Source of the DNA: Vicugna vicugna
Lineage: Eukaryota
Direction: 5' to 3'
DNA: 64,000 bases
Assembly: GCA_013265495.1 (NCBI GenBank)
Contig: MU058217.1
Coordinates: 186,001-250,000 of the forward strand
The notes below the pieces were generated by a model. That model searched no databases. It saw only the letters and a list, made by a program, of their open reading frames with translations, and was not told the DNA's origin. This document shows, piece by piece, positions 1 to 12,602 of this stretch (within the stretch, counting starts at the first letter, position 1; every line of letters begins with the position of its first letter). Position numbers and translations under genes: made by a program.

Positions 1-78
1 ATATGCTGGGTTTCCTTGTGCAGGGATTAACCTGTGCAACTATACTTGACAGTCCCATGACTCAGAAGGATTTCCTCC

Positions 79-620
79 TGGTGGTAGCCAGCCTCCAGGA
101 TGACCTCCAGGGAGCCTCACCTCCTGGTGTTCACACCCTTGCATAATCCCTCCAAGCCCCACAGAGGGCTGGCTGTGTAACCAATAAGCTATTGTAGAGG
201 GAAGGTGAGTAGCTTCTGAAGCTAGGTCATAAACATGGCAGCAGCTAGCTCTGTCTTACTGGCTCTTGGATCGCTCTCTCTGGGGGAAGCTGGCTACCAG
301 GTCATGAGGACACTCAAGCAGCCCAAGGGAGAGGCTCCTTGTGTTAAGAGCCGAGGCCTCCTGCCAATAGCCACCACCAGCTCATCAACCACATGAATGA
401 GTCATCTTGGAAGCAAGTCCTCCAGCCCCAGTCAAGCCTTCAGATGATGCAGCCCCTGCTGACACCATGACTGCAACCTCTTAAGAGACCCCAAGCCAGA
501 AGCACCCGGCTCAGCTGCTCCTGAATTCCTGATCCACAGAAACCGTGAGCTAATAGATATTTATTGTTGTGTTAAGCCACTATATTTTGCAGGAATTGTT
601 CCATAACAGTAGGTAACTAG
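79..620 (+). mobile_element. MaLR LTR, MLT1F/MLT1E-like
   Basis: Starts tggtggtagccagcctccaggatgacc...cctcctggtgttcacacccttg; contains ccagccccagtcaagccttcagatga; ends aagccactatattttg...ataacagtaggtaacta. Confidence 0.75.
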
Positions 621-1516
621 TTTTCTCTTCCCTGATCTCTCTCTCCTTCCTGGCGAAATTCCCTGATTTCTGTACTAGGCCACCCACTCCTGCCCCACAC
701 AGCCCTTCAACCTCATCCTCTTCCTCCAGTTGTGGTTTTCTCTCTAAGGATCACCCTTCAATGCAGCCCCCACGCTCTCTCCCCTCTCTCTCCATTCCAG
801 CCTTCCTCCTCCAGCTGAAGAAATGGCTCTTTTTCATTCCTATGTCCCCACTCATTTTCCTCTTGACAAATGCCATGACAACAATTACGGTTGACAATCC
901 TTGCTATAGGAAAGTAGATTTCTTCATATATCCTAGTAGACTGGGAACTTTGTTTTTTGGTGTTTTGGGTTTTGTTATTTGGTTTTTTGGTGGCTGTCCT
1001 CTCCTTCGCCCCATCTTCCCAAACTACAGAGGGGGAAAATTCTCCCACATCCCCTTCCTGGAAAGTCAGGGCAGTCTGAAAAGCCCTGTGAATTCTGATT
1101 TTGCACAGGGCTTTTGCAGTGGCAGAAGGGGGCTGGGGAGCAGTGTGACACAATTGTCATGGCAACATGCTCCCTGGTGGGTCCTGGGCTGCACTCCCAG
1201 GCAGGGGAAGCAGCTCCCAAGTGTGTCTCTCGCTATGGGCATCAGAAGGCGAGCTGCCCTGGAAACAGGAGGGGCTGAGGCAGCAAGGCTTAGCAGGCAC
1301 CCAGTCTCAACAGCCAGACTGCCAGGTAGGCAAAGCCAGTGAGTCTGGTACTAGGCGAACAGGTAAGCTTGACCCAGGGCCTAATCAGAGCCCCACATGG
1401 GCAGGTCTCTACCCTCCCTGCATGATTTTTATTCCCTGATGATGTGGTCAGTTTCGGGCTGCAGGTGACTCCTGGCTCTGGGAATAAAAGTCAGCAAAGT
1501 CCATAACTCACTGTGT

Positions 1517-1850
1517 CAGTGGCTCCCAAACTTGGCTATTCATTGATACCCCTGGAGATCTTTACAATATCTTGATGCCTGCTTCCCCCTCCTGGACATT
1601 GATTTACTGAGTATGGAGTACAGGGTTGCCATCTGGATATTTTAAGTCTCCAGGTGACTCTGATATACAGCAAGAGGTGGGAACCTTGCACTCAGCCAAG
1701 GGTCTCAGCCAGGTCTGTGCGTGAGAACCACCGAGGAACTTAAGCATGCACACAGCATAGACCTCCCCAGCCAAAGTCTCCTCAATGGGTCCCAGGTATC
1801 TGAATTTGTCACAAGCTCCCAGGGATTCCAGTGAACTGTTGGTGTTTTAT
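1517..1850. mobile_element. hAT-Charlie MER5-like fragments (two adjacent)
   Basis: cagtggctcccaaacttggct...ctccaggtgactctgatatacagcaagaggtgggaacc, followed by a second degenerate copy. Confidence 0.55.
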
Positions 1851-2480
1851 ATCATGAATCCAGCATAACATAAGGCAAAGCTTTGTAGAGTGGATGGTCA
1901 ACAAGGAATGTGGGAGAATTGGGAGTGGACTAGAGGCTTCCATGGGCCTCATTTTCCTCCTCGGGGTAGGTCTGGATGGGAGATGTTGCACTGAAATTGT
2001 GAAGTTTAAATTGTTATTTGGAAGTCCCAAAAGGAGCTGGCACTGCTGTTTTTGTATGACTCAATCTAATACCAACTCACTAGGAGACTGTTTCAAGAGG
2101 CAGGGAGGGTGGGGGCACGTGGGAAGGGGCAGAGTTCGAGGTTCCAGGTAGCCCCACAGGCTTATCTGCATGCGATATATGTGCAATTATAGCACCCTGC
2201 TGGAGTTACCTTCACAAAGTTAATTCTTGATCCCATCCCGTGACCAGCATAGACCTGGACTCCGCATCTCAGTAACCTTCTGCTCAGAGCTTCAGGGCCT
2301 GATGCCCTGCTCAGGAGGCTAACAGGTTCAGCCCCTTTAAGGCGAGTGTTGCTGGAAGGTGGAGCTCACCATGGGATAAAGTGTCCAGATCCCCTGCCTA
2401 ACCTGGTGAAGGGCCACCGGTACAAGATCTCTGTTCAAGATCTCTATTCCCTTGCTTACTATGAGTATTTCATTTTCTTT

Positions 2481-2613
2481 CCTTTTCTTTTCTGTTTTTT
2501 TGGTGGGGGGAGGTAATTATGTTTGTTTATTTTTAGAGGAGGTACTGGGGATTGAACCCAGGACCTTGTGTATGCTAAGCATGCACTCTACCACTGAGCT
2601 ATACCCTCCCCCC
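2481..2613 (-). mobile_element. tRNA-Ala-derived camelid SINE (vic-1 type), long form
   Basis: Reverse complement reads gggtatagctcagtggtagagtgcatgcttagcatacacaaggtcctgggttcaatccccagtacctcc plus aattacctcccc tail; perfect 11-bp TSD tcattttcttt (2470-2480 and 2614-2624). Confidence 0.9.
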
Positions 2614-2857
2614 TCATTTTCTTTAATACTCTTTTTTTATTAGCTTTAGATTGCAGAAGTCATATGTGCTCATTGAAACTAATGAAAAGATGCCAAGATT
2701 TATAAAGAAAGGGTCATCTCCTCCTACCCTCCCCTCCATTTCCACTGACTTTTCCCCCAAATAACCAATGATAACAGCCACCTCATTTAATTTTTGTTAG
2801 GAAGTGAGTTGGTTCCACATCAATGAATTTGTCCATAAATCAACTGTCCTTTTTTGT

Positions 2858-3608
2858 GAACCCTGCTACACTGTTGGTGGGAATATAAATTGGTGCAGTC
2901 ACTATGGAAAACAGTATGGAGGTTCCTTAAAAGACTAAAGATAGTTACCATATGATCCAGCAATCCCATTCCTGTGCATATATGCAGAAAAGATGAAAAC
3001 TCTAATTTGAAAAGGTACATGTACCCCAATGTTCATAAGCAGCACTATTTACAAAAGCCAAGACATGGGTGCAACCTAAATGCCCATTAATCGATGAATG
3101 GATAAAGATGTTTTATATATACTATATATATAGAGAGAGAGAGAGAATACACACATATACAAAGGAATACTACTCAGCTGTAAAAAAGAATGAAATAATG
3201 CCATTTGCAGCAATATGGATGGACCTAGAGATTATCAAACCAAGTGAAATAAGTCACACAGAGAAAAACAACTACCATATGATATCACTTATACTTGGAA
3301 TCTAAAAAAAAATGACACAGATAAACTTATTTGTAAAACAAAAACAGACTCACTCACAGACATAGAAAACAAACTTATGATTACTAAAGGGGAAAGCGGG
3401 GGAGGGATAAATTAGGAGTTTGGGATTAACAGATACCTACCACTATATATAAAAGAGAGAAATAACAAGGATTTACTGTATACCACAGGGAACTATATTC
3501 TATATAAAATCTATAATAGAAAATAATCTGAAAAGGAAAAAAATATATAGCTGAATCACTTTGCTGTACACCTGAAACTAACACAATATTGTCAATCAAC
3601 TAAACTTC
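2858..3608 (+). mobile_element. LINE-1 3' fragment (end of ORF2 plus 3' UTR)
   Basis: ORF 3069-3305 gives L1 ORF2 C-terminal motifs (QPKCP..DEWIK, EYYSAVKKNEIMPFAA.WMDLE); typical 3' UTR follows; possible TSD ctgtcc(c)tttt. Confidence 0.9.
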
Positions 3609-3670
3609 TGTCCCTTTTACTTGCAAACACTTGAAATAACTTGAGATAGTTTAAGCACTGTGGATGAAGG

Positions 3671-4029
3671 TGGTCATGGTTGGATGAGTCCCCCTGCAAA
3701 ATTCATATGTTGAAACCTAACCCCCAGTGTGATGGTATTAGGAGGTGGGGTGTTTGGGAGGTGAGCAGGTCATGAGGATGGAGCCCTCGTGAATGGGATT
3801 AGTGCCTTTGTAAAAGAGACCCCACAGAGCTGCCTTGCCCCTTCTGCCCTGTGAGGACACTGTGAGAAGGGGGCCATCTACGAACAATGAAGTGGGTCCT
3901 CACCAGACACTCAATCTGCTGACACCCTGATCTTGGACTTTAGCTTCCAGAACTGTGAGAATTAAATTTCTGTTTAGAAACTACCCAGTCTCTGGTATTC
4001 TGTTATAGCAGCCAAAATGGACTAAGACA
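3671..4029 (+). mobile_element. MaLR LTR, MLT1A-like
   Basis: aaattcatatgttgaaacctaacccccagtgtgatggtattaggaggtgggg...tgttatagcagccaaaatggactaagaca. Confidence 0.85.
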
Positions 4030-4902
4030 AAGATCATTTTAAAAAGGGGTACACAGTGCCTTGACTTTTAAAATGGAAGGGCTCAGGGTCATTGTCACTC
4101 TTACAAAACTTCATATCTGAGAAAGCTCTCTAGTTCATGAGCCACCCTTCAATGCATTGCCTACTTTGGTTTTCCCAGCGGTGAGATCAGTAGGGCAGAG
4201 ACCTTTGTTCCTGTTGCACAGATGAGGAGACTGAGGCTCCAGCCACATCCCCTGCTTTACAAGCTTCATTCAGGATCTGCTGACTCGGCTCTGCCTTGTC
4301 TGTCTGTGCTGCTCAGCATGCTCATGAATGTCCATTACTGACACCTTAATGAGATCTTGAGTGAGAAATGGCTCTGGGCTAAGATACTTCTCATTTTCTT
4401 GAGTCTTTTTTAGTAATTCTCCCAGATCCTTCTCCCCATCAGTGTCAACTGTCAGCTGGCGCTTCCTCCTGCTGTCAAGACACCTTGTTCCGTATAGTAT
4501 GGACCAAAAAACTAGCTAAGAAAAATTAGTTTGTTAGAATTGTTTGAAAACTGAGCAGGTAGGCTATCACTGAGATCCTGAAGGACTTTCCTAAGAGGTA
4601 GGTACACGGAAGAGGCTTGGGTGCATAGACTTCCTTTTTTTTATTATGGGAAATTTCAAACCTATAAAAAAGGAGAGAGAACAGACTAGTGACCCCCCTC
4701 TGGTTGAAGGATCCCACCTTCAACAATTAACTACATGGTACACATTTCTTGCCTTGTTTGTCCAAAATTCCCTTTTGCTCAGTTCTTCTTGAATTCTGGA
4801 TTCCTGAAGGACCTGGATATTCCCGTACTGTTAGCATCAACTTTGGATACCCATAGAGGACCCTATCATGCAGTTTCATTTCTTAGTGGTAACTCAAGAT
4901 GC

Positions 4903-5081
4903 ACAAAACAACAAGGCTCTACTGTATAGCACAAGGAACTATATTCACTATCTTGCAGTAACCTATAATGAAAAAGAATATTAAAAGAAATATATGTATG
5001 TATACAGATGACTGAAACATTATGCTGTCCACCAGAAATTGACACAACATTGTAAATCGACTATACTTCATTAAAAAAAAA
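4903..5081 (+). mobile_element. Short 5'-truncated L1 3' end with poly(A)
   Basis: ctactgtatagcacaaggaactatattc...caacattgtaaatcgactatacttcatt(A)n; 7-bp TSD aagatgc on both sides. Confidence 0.85.
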
Positions 5082-6074
5082 AAGATGCTGGCCCGGGCAG
5101 CTTTGAAGGGCAATTTGCTACAAGGTTCTCACAAAGCCCATCTTCCCCCATCTTCAGGCTGCATCCAGGGTCCACATGCTCCTCAGGCTCTGACCTCTAG
5201 GTGACCACCGGAGAGCATTTGCCTGACCGGGAGATCCTGCTGGGGAAGTCAGGAGGAATGTAAACCTGTCTTCTATTTCCTCACTGAGGTTGTCCTGGAA
5301 GGCTCTGGAAGGAATTTTTATTAGTCTATAGAGTAAATAAGCATGAATTCCATCTGCTTATGACATCAGGCCAATCATCATTAATAAATGGAAGTTTCCA
5401 CACACCACCCTCTGGCTTCTCAGATCCTAGATTTGGGTAAAGTCTCTTCCAGTCTGAACCCAGACCAGTGCCCGCTCGCTAGAGCTGGACTCTCGACTGA
5501 GAACACTCCCCAGACGGCCTCCTGCGAGCGGATCCTTCCTGTGGTCTCCTGAAAAAGGTATCACCACCCCTCTTCTGCAGACGAGGAAATGGAGGTTCCC
5601 AGAGGTAAAGCCACTTGTCCCGGGTGTGTAATTAGTAAGCAAAAAAGTTGGGACTCTGATGAGCCTAATAATTTGAGTCATCATTAATAAACGGAGAGCT
5701 AATTATAGTCATTGAAGAGCCTGTTCCTTTTCGGTCGTGTTTAATTCTGAATTTATTTTTAGTCTTCTAAAGAATGGAGACTTGTGGTGGGGTTTTGTTC
5801 AGAGCTAGAAACGTGCTATTTCCAGCAGTCTTCCAGGGTCAGGCCAACAACAAGCAGCGAGGTCATCCTTGTGCCTTTATTCAAAGCTCAAGATTCCCCG
5901 GGGATTTGTGTCCACCTAAGCTGCTTTGGACAATGATATTCCCATCTTGATAAGTGAGGCAGCACCTCCATAGGTAAACTCCAGTCTCAGCCACACTGCT
6001 GGGGAAAGGGGTTAGGGTCTGGCTTGTCTTTGGGGGTAAGAGAAGCAGGCTAGGATGTTAATCAGAAGCCCATC

Positions 6075-6077
<3 letters not shown>

Positions 6078-6118
<41 letters not shown>
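6078..6118. repeat. (TG)20 microsatellite
   Basis: Uninterrupted TG run counted directly. Confidence 0.97.
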
Positions 6119-6120
<2 letters not shown>

Positions 6121-6821
6121 TTTTCCATGCTTTCCATATGCTAATAGCCGCCATCAAGTTGCAGGTGGATCTTCTCCCTGGGGACATTCTGTCTCTTTAA
6201 TGTAGCTTTTCCTTTCTCTGCTGGACTCCTTGAGGTGTATTTTGTTGTTATTTACTCCGGGGGGGGGGGATCTCATTTCCATACTTTCTGCTGCAGCCAC
6301 CCTGGGACGAGTGCGAAGGGGGCAGACACTACTTTGCTCCTCACCCTCCAAGGCCGGTGGAAAGACAGACTTCAATTTCTAAATGTTATTTTTGGCCCCA
6401 CAACTGACAATTTCTCTGAGGTCTTTTCTACTCTTCAAGCTTCTTTTAGTGAATTTCACTGAGGAAGTGGGGTCTGGTCCCCCTTGGTTTCAGAGCCTAG
6501 TCGGGTTGGGGGTGGGGGGGGAAGATGGGCTGTATTTTCTCTTCCTCCTCCCTCCCTGCTCTCGCACCCCCTTTCTCTTATACTATAGTCTCTGTCTCCT
6601 CTCTTCCCCACAATGCCTCCCCTCCTCATTTATCCCTTATGTCTCTGCCTCACACCTTCTGCCTCTGGCTCTGATTCCACGCCTCTCAGCATCTGTTTAA
6701 GTGGTGGTGTGCCTGCCCAAACAGGATACACATGCAAACCTTCCCTTCTTATAAATGACAATGTTCTCTGATGGTACAAGGAATACCTGGAAATGAGTCT
6801 GGCAACCTTGGTGTTAAGGAT

Positions 6822-6998
6822 GGTGTTTCTCAAAGTACAGCACAAAGTAAGGACTCCAGTAGAAAAATCTGGAGTTTTATTGAAAACACAGATTCCTGGG
6901 CCCATCGTAGACCCACTAAATGAGAATCTCCAGGAATAGGCATCATTTTTAGCATGCTCCTCAGTGGTTCTTAGATACACTTAAGTTTCAGACTCTTT
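6822..6998. mobile_element. MER5A-like hAT-Charlie element
   Basis: gtgtttctcaaagt...acagattcctgggccc...cacttaagtttcagactc. Confidence 0.55.
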
Positions 6999-7499
6999 GG
7001 CTACACCTCTGACTCACACTCCAGATGGGAGAACTGGGGAGGGGATGGATGAAGCTCTGAATGCTTTTTCTCTTCCTCATGGTCCCAATGCCAGTTTTTT
7101 TCCCCAGACTCCAAGAGAAGAACCGGACTCATTTATTTTTTCCAAAGTCATGGTTTCAAAAGGCTTATTTTCAGTACCCTAACTTTCTTTTTCTTCCCAC
7201 TGTCTTCTAGAAGCTGAATCTTGAGATTCCCAAGAAATGCACAAAACACCCACCACAACGCAGGAAGACAACTTTAGAACCTCTTATTGTGTATAATGTG
7301 TGTTTTAATATAACTTTTAAAATTTTAATCTTGTGTATTATACTCATTAGTTTAGTGGTTCATGTATTTAATTTATAAAAAATAGAAATACATCTATTTG
7401 GGAGTTTTACTGATAGAGGTCCACAGTCGATAAAGTCGGAAGAACATCACTCTAGAATCAAGATACTACCTATTCTTTGGGGTCAGGCACTATATTATT

Positions 7500-8310
7500 C
7501 TCTTTAACAAACTGCCTTGAAGCATAGCACATCCATACAGAAAAGTGCACGAGGTAAATGTACCCTCTGGAGAATCACCCTGTGAAACTAGCACCCAGAT
7601 CAAAAACTGGATATTATCAGCATCCCAGGTCCACCCCCCACCCCATGCCCTCACTACTCCTCCCTCAAATAGCGACTCTCTTGACTTTGAGGAATTTCAC
7701 AGAAACAGAACCACGCTATATGTACCCTTTAGTGTTTGGTTTCTTTCGTTTAACATTACATCTGTGGGATTCACTTACATGGAGCAATAGTTTGTTCATT
7801 CTCAAAGTGTAAAGCTTTCCATTGTGTAAATCTGTCATCATTTATCCACTCTGCTGTGGTGAACACTGGGCTGTAATCGGTTTGGGGCTATTATGAACAG
7901 GGCTGCTGTATGCACTGTGTATGCCTTTTGGTGAACATATGAACACATCTCAGGCGGCTCTGTACCTAGGAGGGGAATGGATGATTCAGAAAAGATGCTC
8001 CATACAGCTTTGCCAAGCACCACAATCACAAGGGGCTCCTCTCAGAGAGCACGCCAGGTGCCCCACGGCCTCACAATGCCTGCTATTTTCTAGTTTGTTT
8101 TTATATTTACCTGGTAAGTGTATATTGTTACCACCTTATGATTTTGATTTGCTTTTCTTGACGATTAACGAGGTGGAGCACCTTCTAATGTGATTGGCCA
8201 TTTGGATATTTTCTTTTATGTGATGCCTGTTCAAGTCTTCTTCCCTTTTTTCTATGGTGCCATCCGTCTTTTTCTTACAGATCCATAGGAATTCTTTATA
8301 TATGCTCCAT
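7500..8310 (-). mobile_element. Old L1 (L1M-class) 3' region, antisense
   Basis: gtttggggctattatgaacagggctgctgta..., ttttgatttgcttttcttgacgattaacgaggtggagcaccttc, gcctgttcaagtctt. Confidence 0.75.
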
Positions 8311-8439
8311 ACTTTTATAGCATGTGCTTAATAGCTTGTTGCTGAATGAACTCATATGCATGGATGGGGGAAAGCACCCTTGTTGAATAAATGAGGCCTT
8401 TATATGTTTTTGTTTATTTTTTGGTTCATGCTCGCAGCT

Positions 8440-8995
8440 TCTTTGAAGTATACTGTACATATCCCCAAATTTACTTGTTTTAAGTGTACAATTCAGTGAT
8501 TTTCAGAGCTGGGCAACCATACTGCAGTCCAATTTTAGAACACTGTTATCACCCCCAGAAGAAACTTCCTGCCCCTTTGCATACTTTCTATTCCCACTTC
8601 TAGCCCCAGGCAACTGCTTATCTGCTTACTGTTTCTATAGATTTGCCCTTTCTGGACATTTTCTATAAATGCAATCATACGATATGTAGCCTTTTGTGTC
8701 TGGCTTCTCCGGCATCGTATGATGTCTTTGAGGTTCATCCGTGGTGTAGATGTATCAGTGCTCTATTCTTTTTTTGTGGCAGAGGGAATAGTCCATTGTC
8801 TGGGTAGACCACACCTTCTCTATCAGCTGATGGGCACTGGGATCATTTCCGCTTTTTGGCTCTTAGAAATAGTGCTGCTATGGATGGTCACTGCAAGTTT
8901 TTGTGTGGCCGTTTGTTTTCATTTCTCTTGGGTAGATACCTAGGAGTATTGCTGGGTCACATGGCAAGTTTATGTTTAACTTTTTAAGAAACTGA
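8440..8995 (-). mobile_element. Old L1 (L1MB/MC-like) 3' end, antisense
   Basis: aagtgtacaattcagtg...gatttgccctttctggacatttt...ttctcttgggtagatacctaggagt; ORF 8535-8738 gives the MNLKDI..RSQTQKATY motif. Confidence 0.8.
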
Positions 8996-9689
8996 AACCC
9001 TTATATTTCTCTGCCATCCGTAGGCTGCTGATGGAAAGGCACATGAGGCTGTTTTGAGTAGAAAAGAATGATCTGCCAGCACATAGCTATCAAACGCGCA
9101 GTGTCGAGAAAAAGCTAAGAAAGAGGGACTAAAGCCTGCTCTTACGAGTTTACAGTCTAATCCAGATGTTCCAACACATGTGTTTATGGAGTAACTCAGC
9201 AATTTGGGAAATCTGAATATGAACAAAGGTCCAAACAATCTGTGCAGAACGAATCTGGGAAGCAGTGAATGCCTACTTTTTGCCAGACTCAATGTTAGGC
9301 TTTAAGAGGGATAGATGGAAATTTAAAGTAAACATGTTTTCCCTCCCCCAACTCCTCCACCCAGTTACTAAGCATCTAATCAGTAAAACAAGAGTTATCA
9401 AAGAAGTTAACAATTTAAAGATTCAAATACAAGTTCAAGATAATAATAGAAAATGGGGGGTTGGGGCAGGGGAGGAAGGCAAGGAGGAAAACAGATAAGG
9501 GAGGAACTCATCCTTCCTTCAAGATCTGGTGAGAAAATAGAAACCCAGAGTATGTTCCTTTAAAATTTTTGACATTCCAAAGATGTAAGGGTTTCCCCTC
9601 CTATTATTGTCCTGGAAATCTAAGTTCAAAAAGAAATGTTGGATAATAAATAACCAGGACCATTGGACTAGATCGATAGATAAAAATGA

Positions 9690-9900
9690 CCACTAATATT
9701 TGAGTACTTAATGTGCCAGATATTGCTCCAAACAGTTAAGGTTTTTACTCATTTAATCCTCTTAATACCTCTACGATAGAAATACTACTATCATCTTCTA
9801 ATGATGAGGAAAATGAGGCTCAGAGAGGTTAAGTAAGTTGCACAAGGGCCCACAGCTAGAAAATGGCAGAACTGAGGTTTGGATACAGGGAGACCAGAGC
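9690..9900 (-). mobile_element. MIR SINE
   Basis: MIR core atgaggaaaatgaggctcagagaggttaagtaagttgcacaagg. Confidence 0.75.
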
Positions 9901-9907
9901 CTACACA

Positions 9908-9998
9908 TTTTTTTTTTTTAAACGGAGGGACTGGGGATTGAACCTAAGATCTCGTACATGCTAAACACGCACTCTACCACTGAGTTATGCCCTCCCCC
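9908..9998 (-). mobile_element. Camelid tRNA-Ala SINE, short form
   Basis: (T)n aaacggagggactggggattgaacctaag...ctctaccactgagttatgccctcccc; imperfect TSD agagcctacacat / agggcttacatat. Confidence 0.85.
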
Positions 9999-10713
9999 CA
10001 AGGGCTTACATATTGAACCATCTCAAGTCCCATAGTCTAGCTGGTAGACTCAGCCTCCAGTCACAGGTGGGGAAATAGACCCAGAGGTGTCTGGATTTGT
10101 CTGAGGTCACTTGATTGATAAGAGATCAGGGACAGGAGTTCCACTGATGCTGGTGCAGTCTTACTTCTATCAAGACTGATGACAGCCCTTTCTTCAGATG
10201 CTATTTGTGGATGAGCCAAAAGGATACACAGGTTTCTGACTATGGTAGCATGGACTAGAAGAAGCAGTGCTTGATGTACAACAAGCCAGACCTGACCTCT
10301 GCTGTTGACTGGCCATATATATTATGGTGGGCAAGTCATACCCTCTGAGCCCAGTTTTTCTGCTTGTAAACGGGGGGCAATAACTACACCAGCTCATAGG
10401 ATTACAGGAATGAAATGAAAGAATTGAAGAGGTTGACAGCCATGCTCACTTTTGGTGCTGTAGAACTGTTTGGGGAGGGTCATTTGGAACTGAAGTGTGT
10501 GGGATGCTGTGTAGGCTGAGATGTCTCAAGTCCAAACTGAATCGCAGTTTGCTGATCGGCACCCAGGAGGATTTTGGGTTGCAGGAAGGCTCTGGACCAG
10601 CTGTCCTAATTTGAACTGGGCCATATCATCAGATACGAAACCTGAGATTAGCCTGTTGACAGTCACACGTGGCCCAGATACAGGGCATTCCAGTCCCTTT
10701 AACACTTGATTGA

Positions 10714-10846
10714 GGGGAGGGTATAGCTCAGTGGTCAAGTGCTTGCTTAGCATGCACAAGGTCCTGGGTTCAATCCCCAATACCTCCACTTAGATAAACC
10801 AACCTAATTACCTCCCCCCAAAAACAAAAATAAAATTATTTTTTAG
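10714..10846 (+). mobile_element. Camelid tRNA-Ala SINE, long form
   Basis: ggggagggtatagctcagtgg...gggttcaatcccc...aacctaattacctcccccc plus A-rich tail; TSD aacacttgatt / aagacttgatt. Confidence 0.9.
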
Positions 10847-12384
10847 AAGACTTGATTAGGTCAGTTACTTTTCGTGACTGTTTTCTATATCAAATTTCGC
10901 AGCTCTGCTTTAAGGGACTCTCAGTGGTGACAGTGGTCAAGAGTTGGTTTCCCTTTGATTGTAGAGAAGGAAGGGTTTGTGAGTTTGCAATTGATGGAGT
11001 ATTATAAACAACCTGCCTTTGTCAACTTGCCTATTGCCAGAGGCCAGGCTGAGGCTGCCTAGGAGAGATGACTTAAATGCAGAATGTGTCTCAACAGGGT
11101 TTCTCAGAGCTAGGGTGGGCCTGGGGATAAGCATTTAAAAAGTTACTCAGGTGATTCTAATGAGAACCACCAATTCAAAGCATGGAAAGATGTGAGAGGT
11201 CTTAAGGCTCCGGCAGCCCAGCCAGATTGGTTTTGTAAAGTGTATCCAGGAAAGCACAGTGAGAGATGAGGCTGGGGGAGGGCCTGAAATGCACAGGCTG
11301 AGAAGTCAGTATTCAATGTAAAGGGCAATAGGGAGCCATGGAAGGTTACAGAGCAGGATGTAAGGATAGGCATTTAGAAGTATACAGAGAAATTAGAGTC
11401 CAGCTATTTACAGTTTAGGAAGTGGAATTTAAGTTTTCCTATAGAGTAGGCTAACAAAGAAAGCTGTCTTTTACTTCTATATCCTCAGTTTAAGGTCAGC
11501 TTCCTTCAGCACCTAGGTCCACTGCTCCCTGCATAGCAGGAGCTTGTCCAAATGAATTTTGCAGTTATCTGGCACATTGTGTGGAAGGTGGCAGCCTCCC
11601 ACTAATGTTTGTTGACTGAGTAAACGAATGTAGACTCCTCAGCCTGGCCCATCTCTATTTCAAGAGGTCTGGCACCCAGGGCCAGCCTCCTCTTCGCATG
11701 CAATATCATGAGGGCTGTTTCTCTCACCTTCCCGCTCTTCTCCTTTGATGCCCATCGACCTGCTTCCAATTCTACCAACTCGGGCTCCGACTCCGTCGCC
11801 TCCCCGCTCTGTCCCTCCGGTGTAACACGCTGCCACCCGGCTTCCCGGCTGAGGCGCCTGGCTTCAAACCTGTCTTTCACCCATTGTCCAGTTTCCGGTG
11901 AGTCAAGTATAACCCCAGGTTCAACTCCTATAGTGACGGCCACAAACACATTCCCTCACAGGCACCTCAGAGGAGCCGCCCGCCCGCCACGGGCCACCAG
12001 GCCAACAAAACAGGCAGAGCCGGGCGTTTCTATTCCCGCGGCTCTCGGTGGCGGTGGGGTTGTGAGCCGGGAGACCCCTCCCCAGTGACCAGCCCCCTTT
12101 GCGACGGAGCGCCCGGCCCTCAGCGGGCGTGGCCGCCCTGGTCCAGCCCCCGCCCCGCCCCCTCGCCCCGAGCCGGGAGCCGGGAGCCGCCTGGCCCGGG
12201 GGCGTCGCCGCTCGCTCTCCGAAGCCCGCGAGTCTTCGCTTCTCTGCGCGGGGCGCGTGTCCCCCGCCCGGCCGGGGACCCCCGTGCACCCTAGAGACGG
12301 CGCGCGCCCAGAGCGCGGGAGCCCGGAGCGCCGGGCGCCTGGGACCCGGCGGAGCCGCTGCCCAGCCCGCTGGGCTCGGCAGGG

Positions 12385-12402
12385 ATGCAGGCTGCGCTGT
12401 GA
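12385..12402 (+). other. Candidate uORF (MQAAL*) in the GAS7 5' leader
   Basis: gggATG CAG GCT GCG CTG TGA, ending 17 nt before the main ATG; G at -3. Confidence 0.5.
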
Positions 12403-12419
12403 ACCCGGGCGCCAAGGCC

Positions 12420-12602
12420 ATGTCCGGCGCCCGCTGCCGGACCCTGTACCCCTTCTCTGGGGAGCGGCATGGCCAGGGGCTGCGCTTCGCCGCGGGCGAG
12501 CTCATCACACTGCTGCAAGTCCCGGACGGCGGCTGGTGGGAAGGCGAGAAGGAGGACGGGCTCCGCGGCTGGTTCCCAGCGAGCTACGTGCAGTTGCTGG
12601 AG
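12420..12602 (+). CDS. GAS7: GAS7 (growth arrest-specific 7) first coding exon, N-terminal SH3 domain of the long isoform; partial CDS, remaining exons lie beyond the window
   Basis: Translation MSGARCRTLYPFSGERHGQGLRFAAGELITLLQVPDGGWWEGEKEDGLRGWFPASYVQLLE (61 codons) matches the GAS7 N-terminus as I recall it. SH3 signatures LYPF, GWWEG and GWFPASYV are present. Start context is gccATG; phase-0 donor GAG|gtaaga at 12603; lies in a CpG island. Confidence 0.95.

Noticed and set aside
761..1342. 193-aa + strand ORF
   Set aside because: No recognisable domain; runs through low-complexity T/G-rich sequence; no exon evidence.
10714..10790. tRNA-Ala(AGC)-like cloverleaf here and at ten other sites
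   Set aside because: Many diverged copies with A-rich tails, TSDs and broken stems; these are SINE heads, not tRNA genes.
11505..11525. REST/RE1-like ttcagcacctagg upstream of a neuronal gene
   Set aside because: Only the left half-site matches; the GGACAG half is absent and the context looks like a degenerate L2 end.
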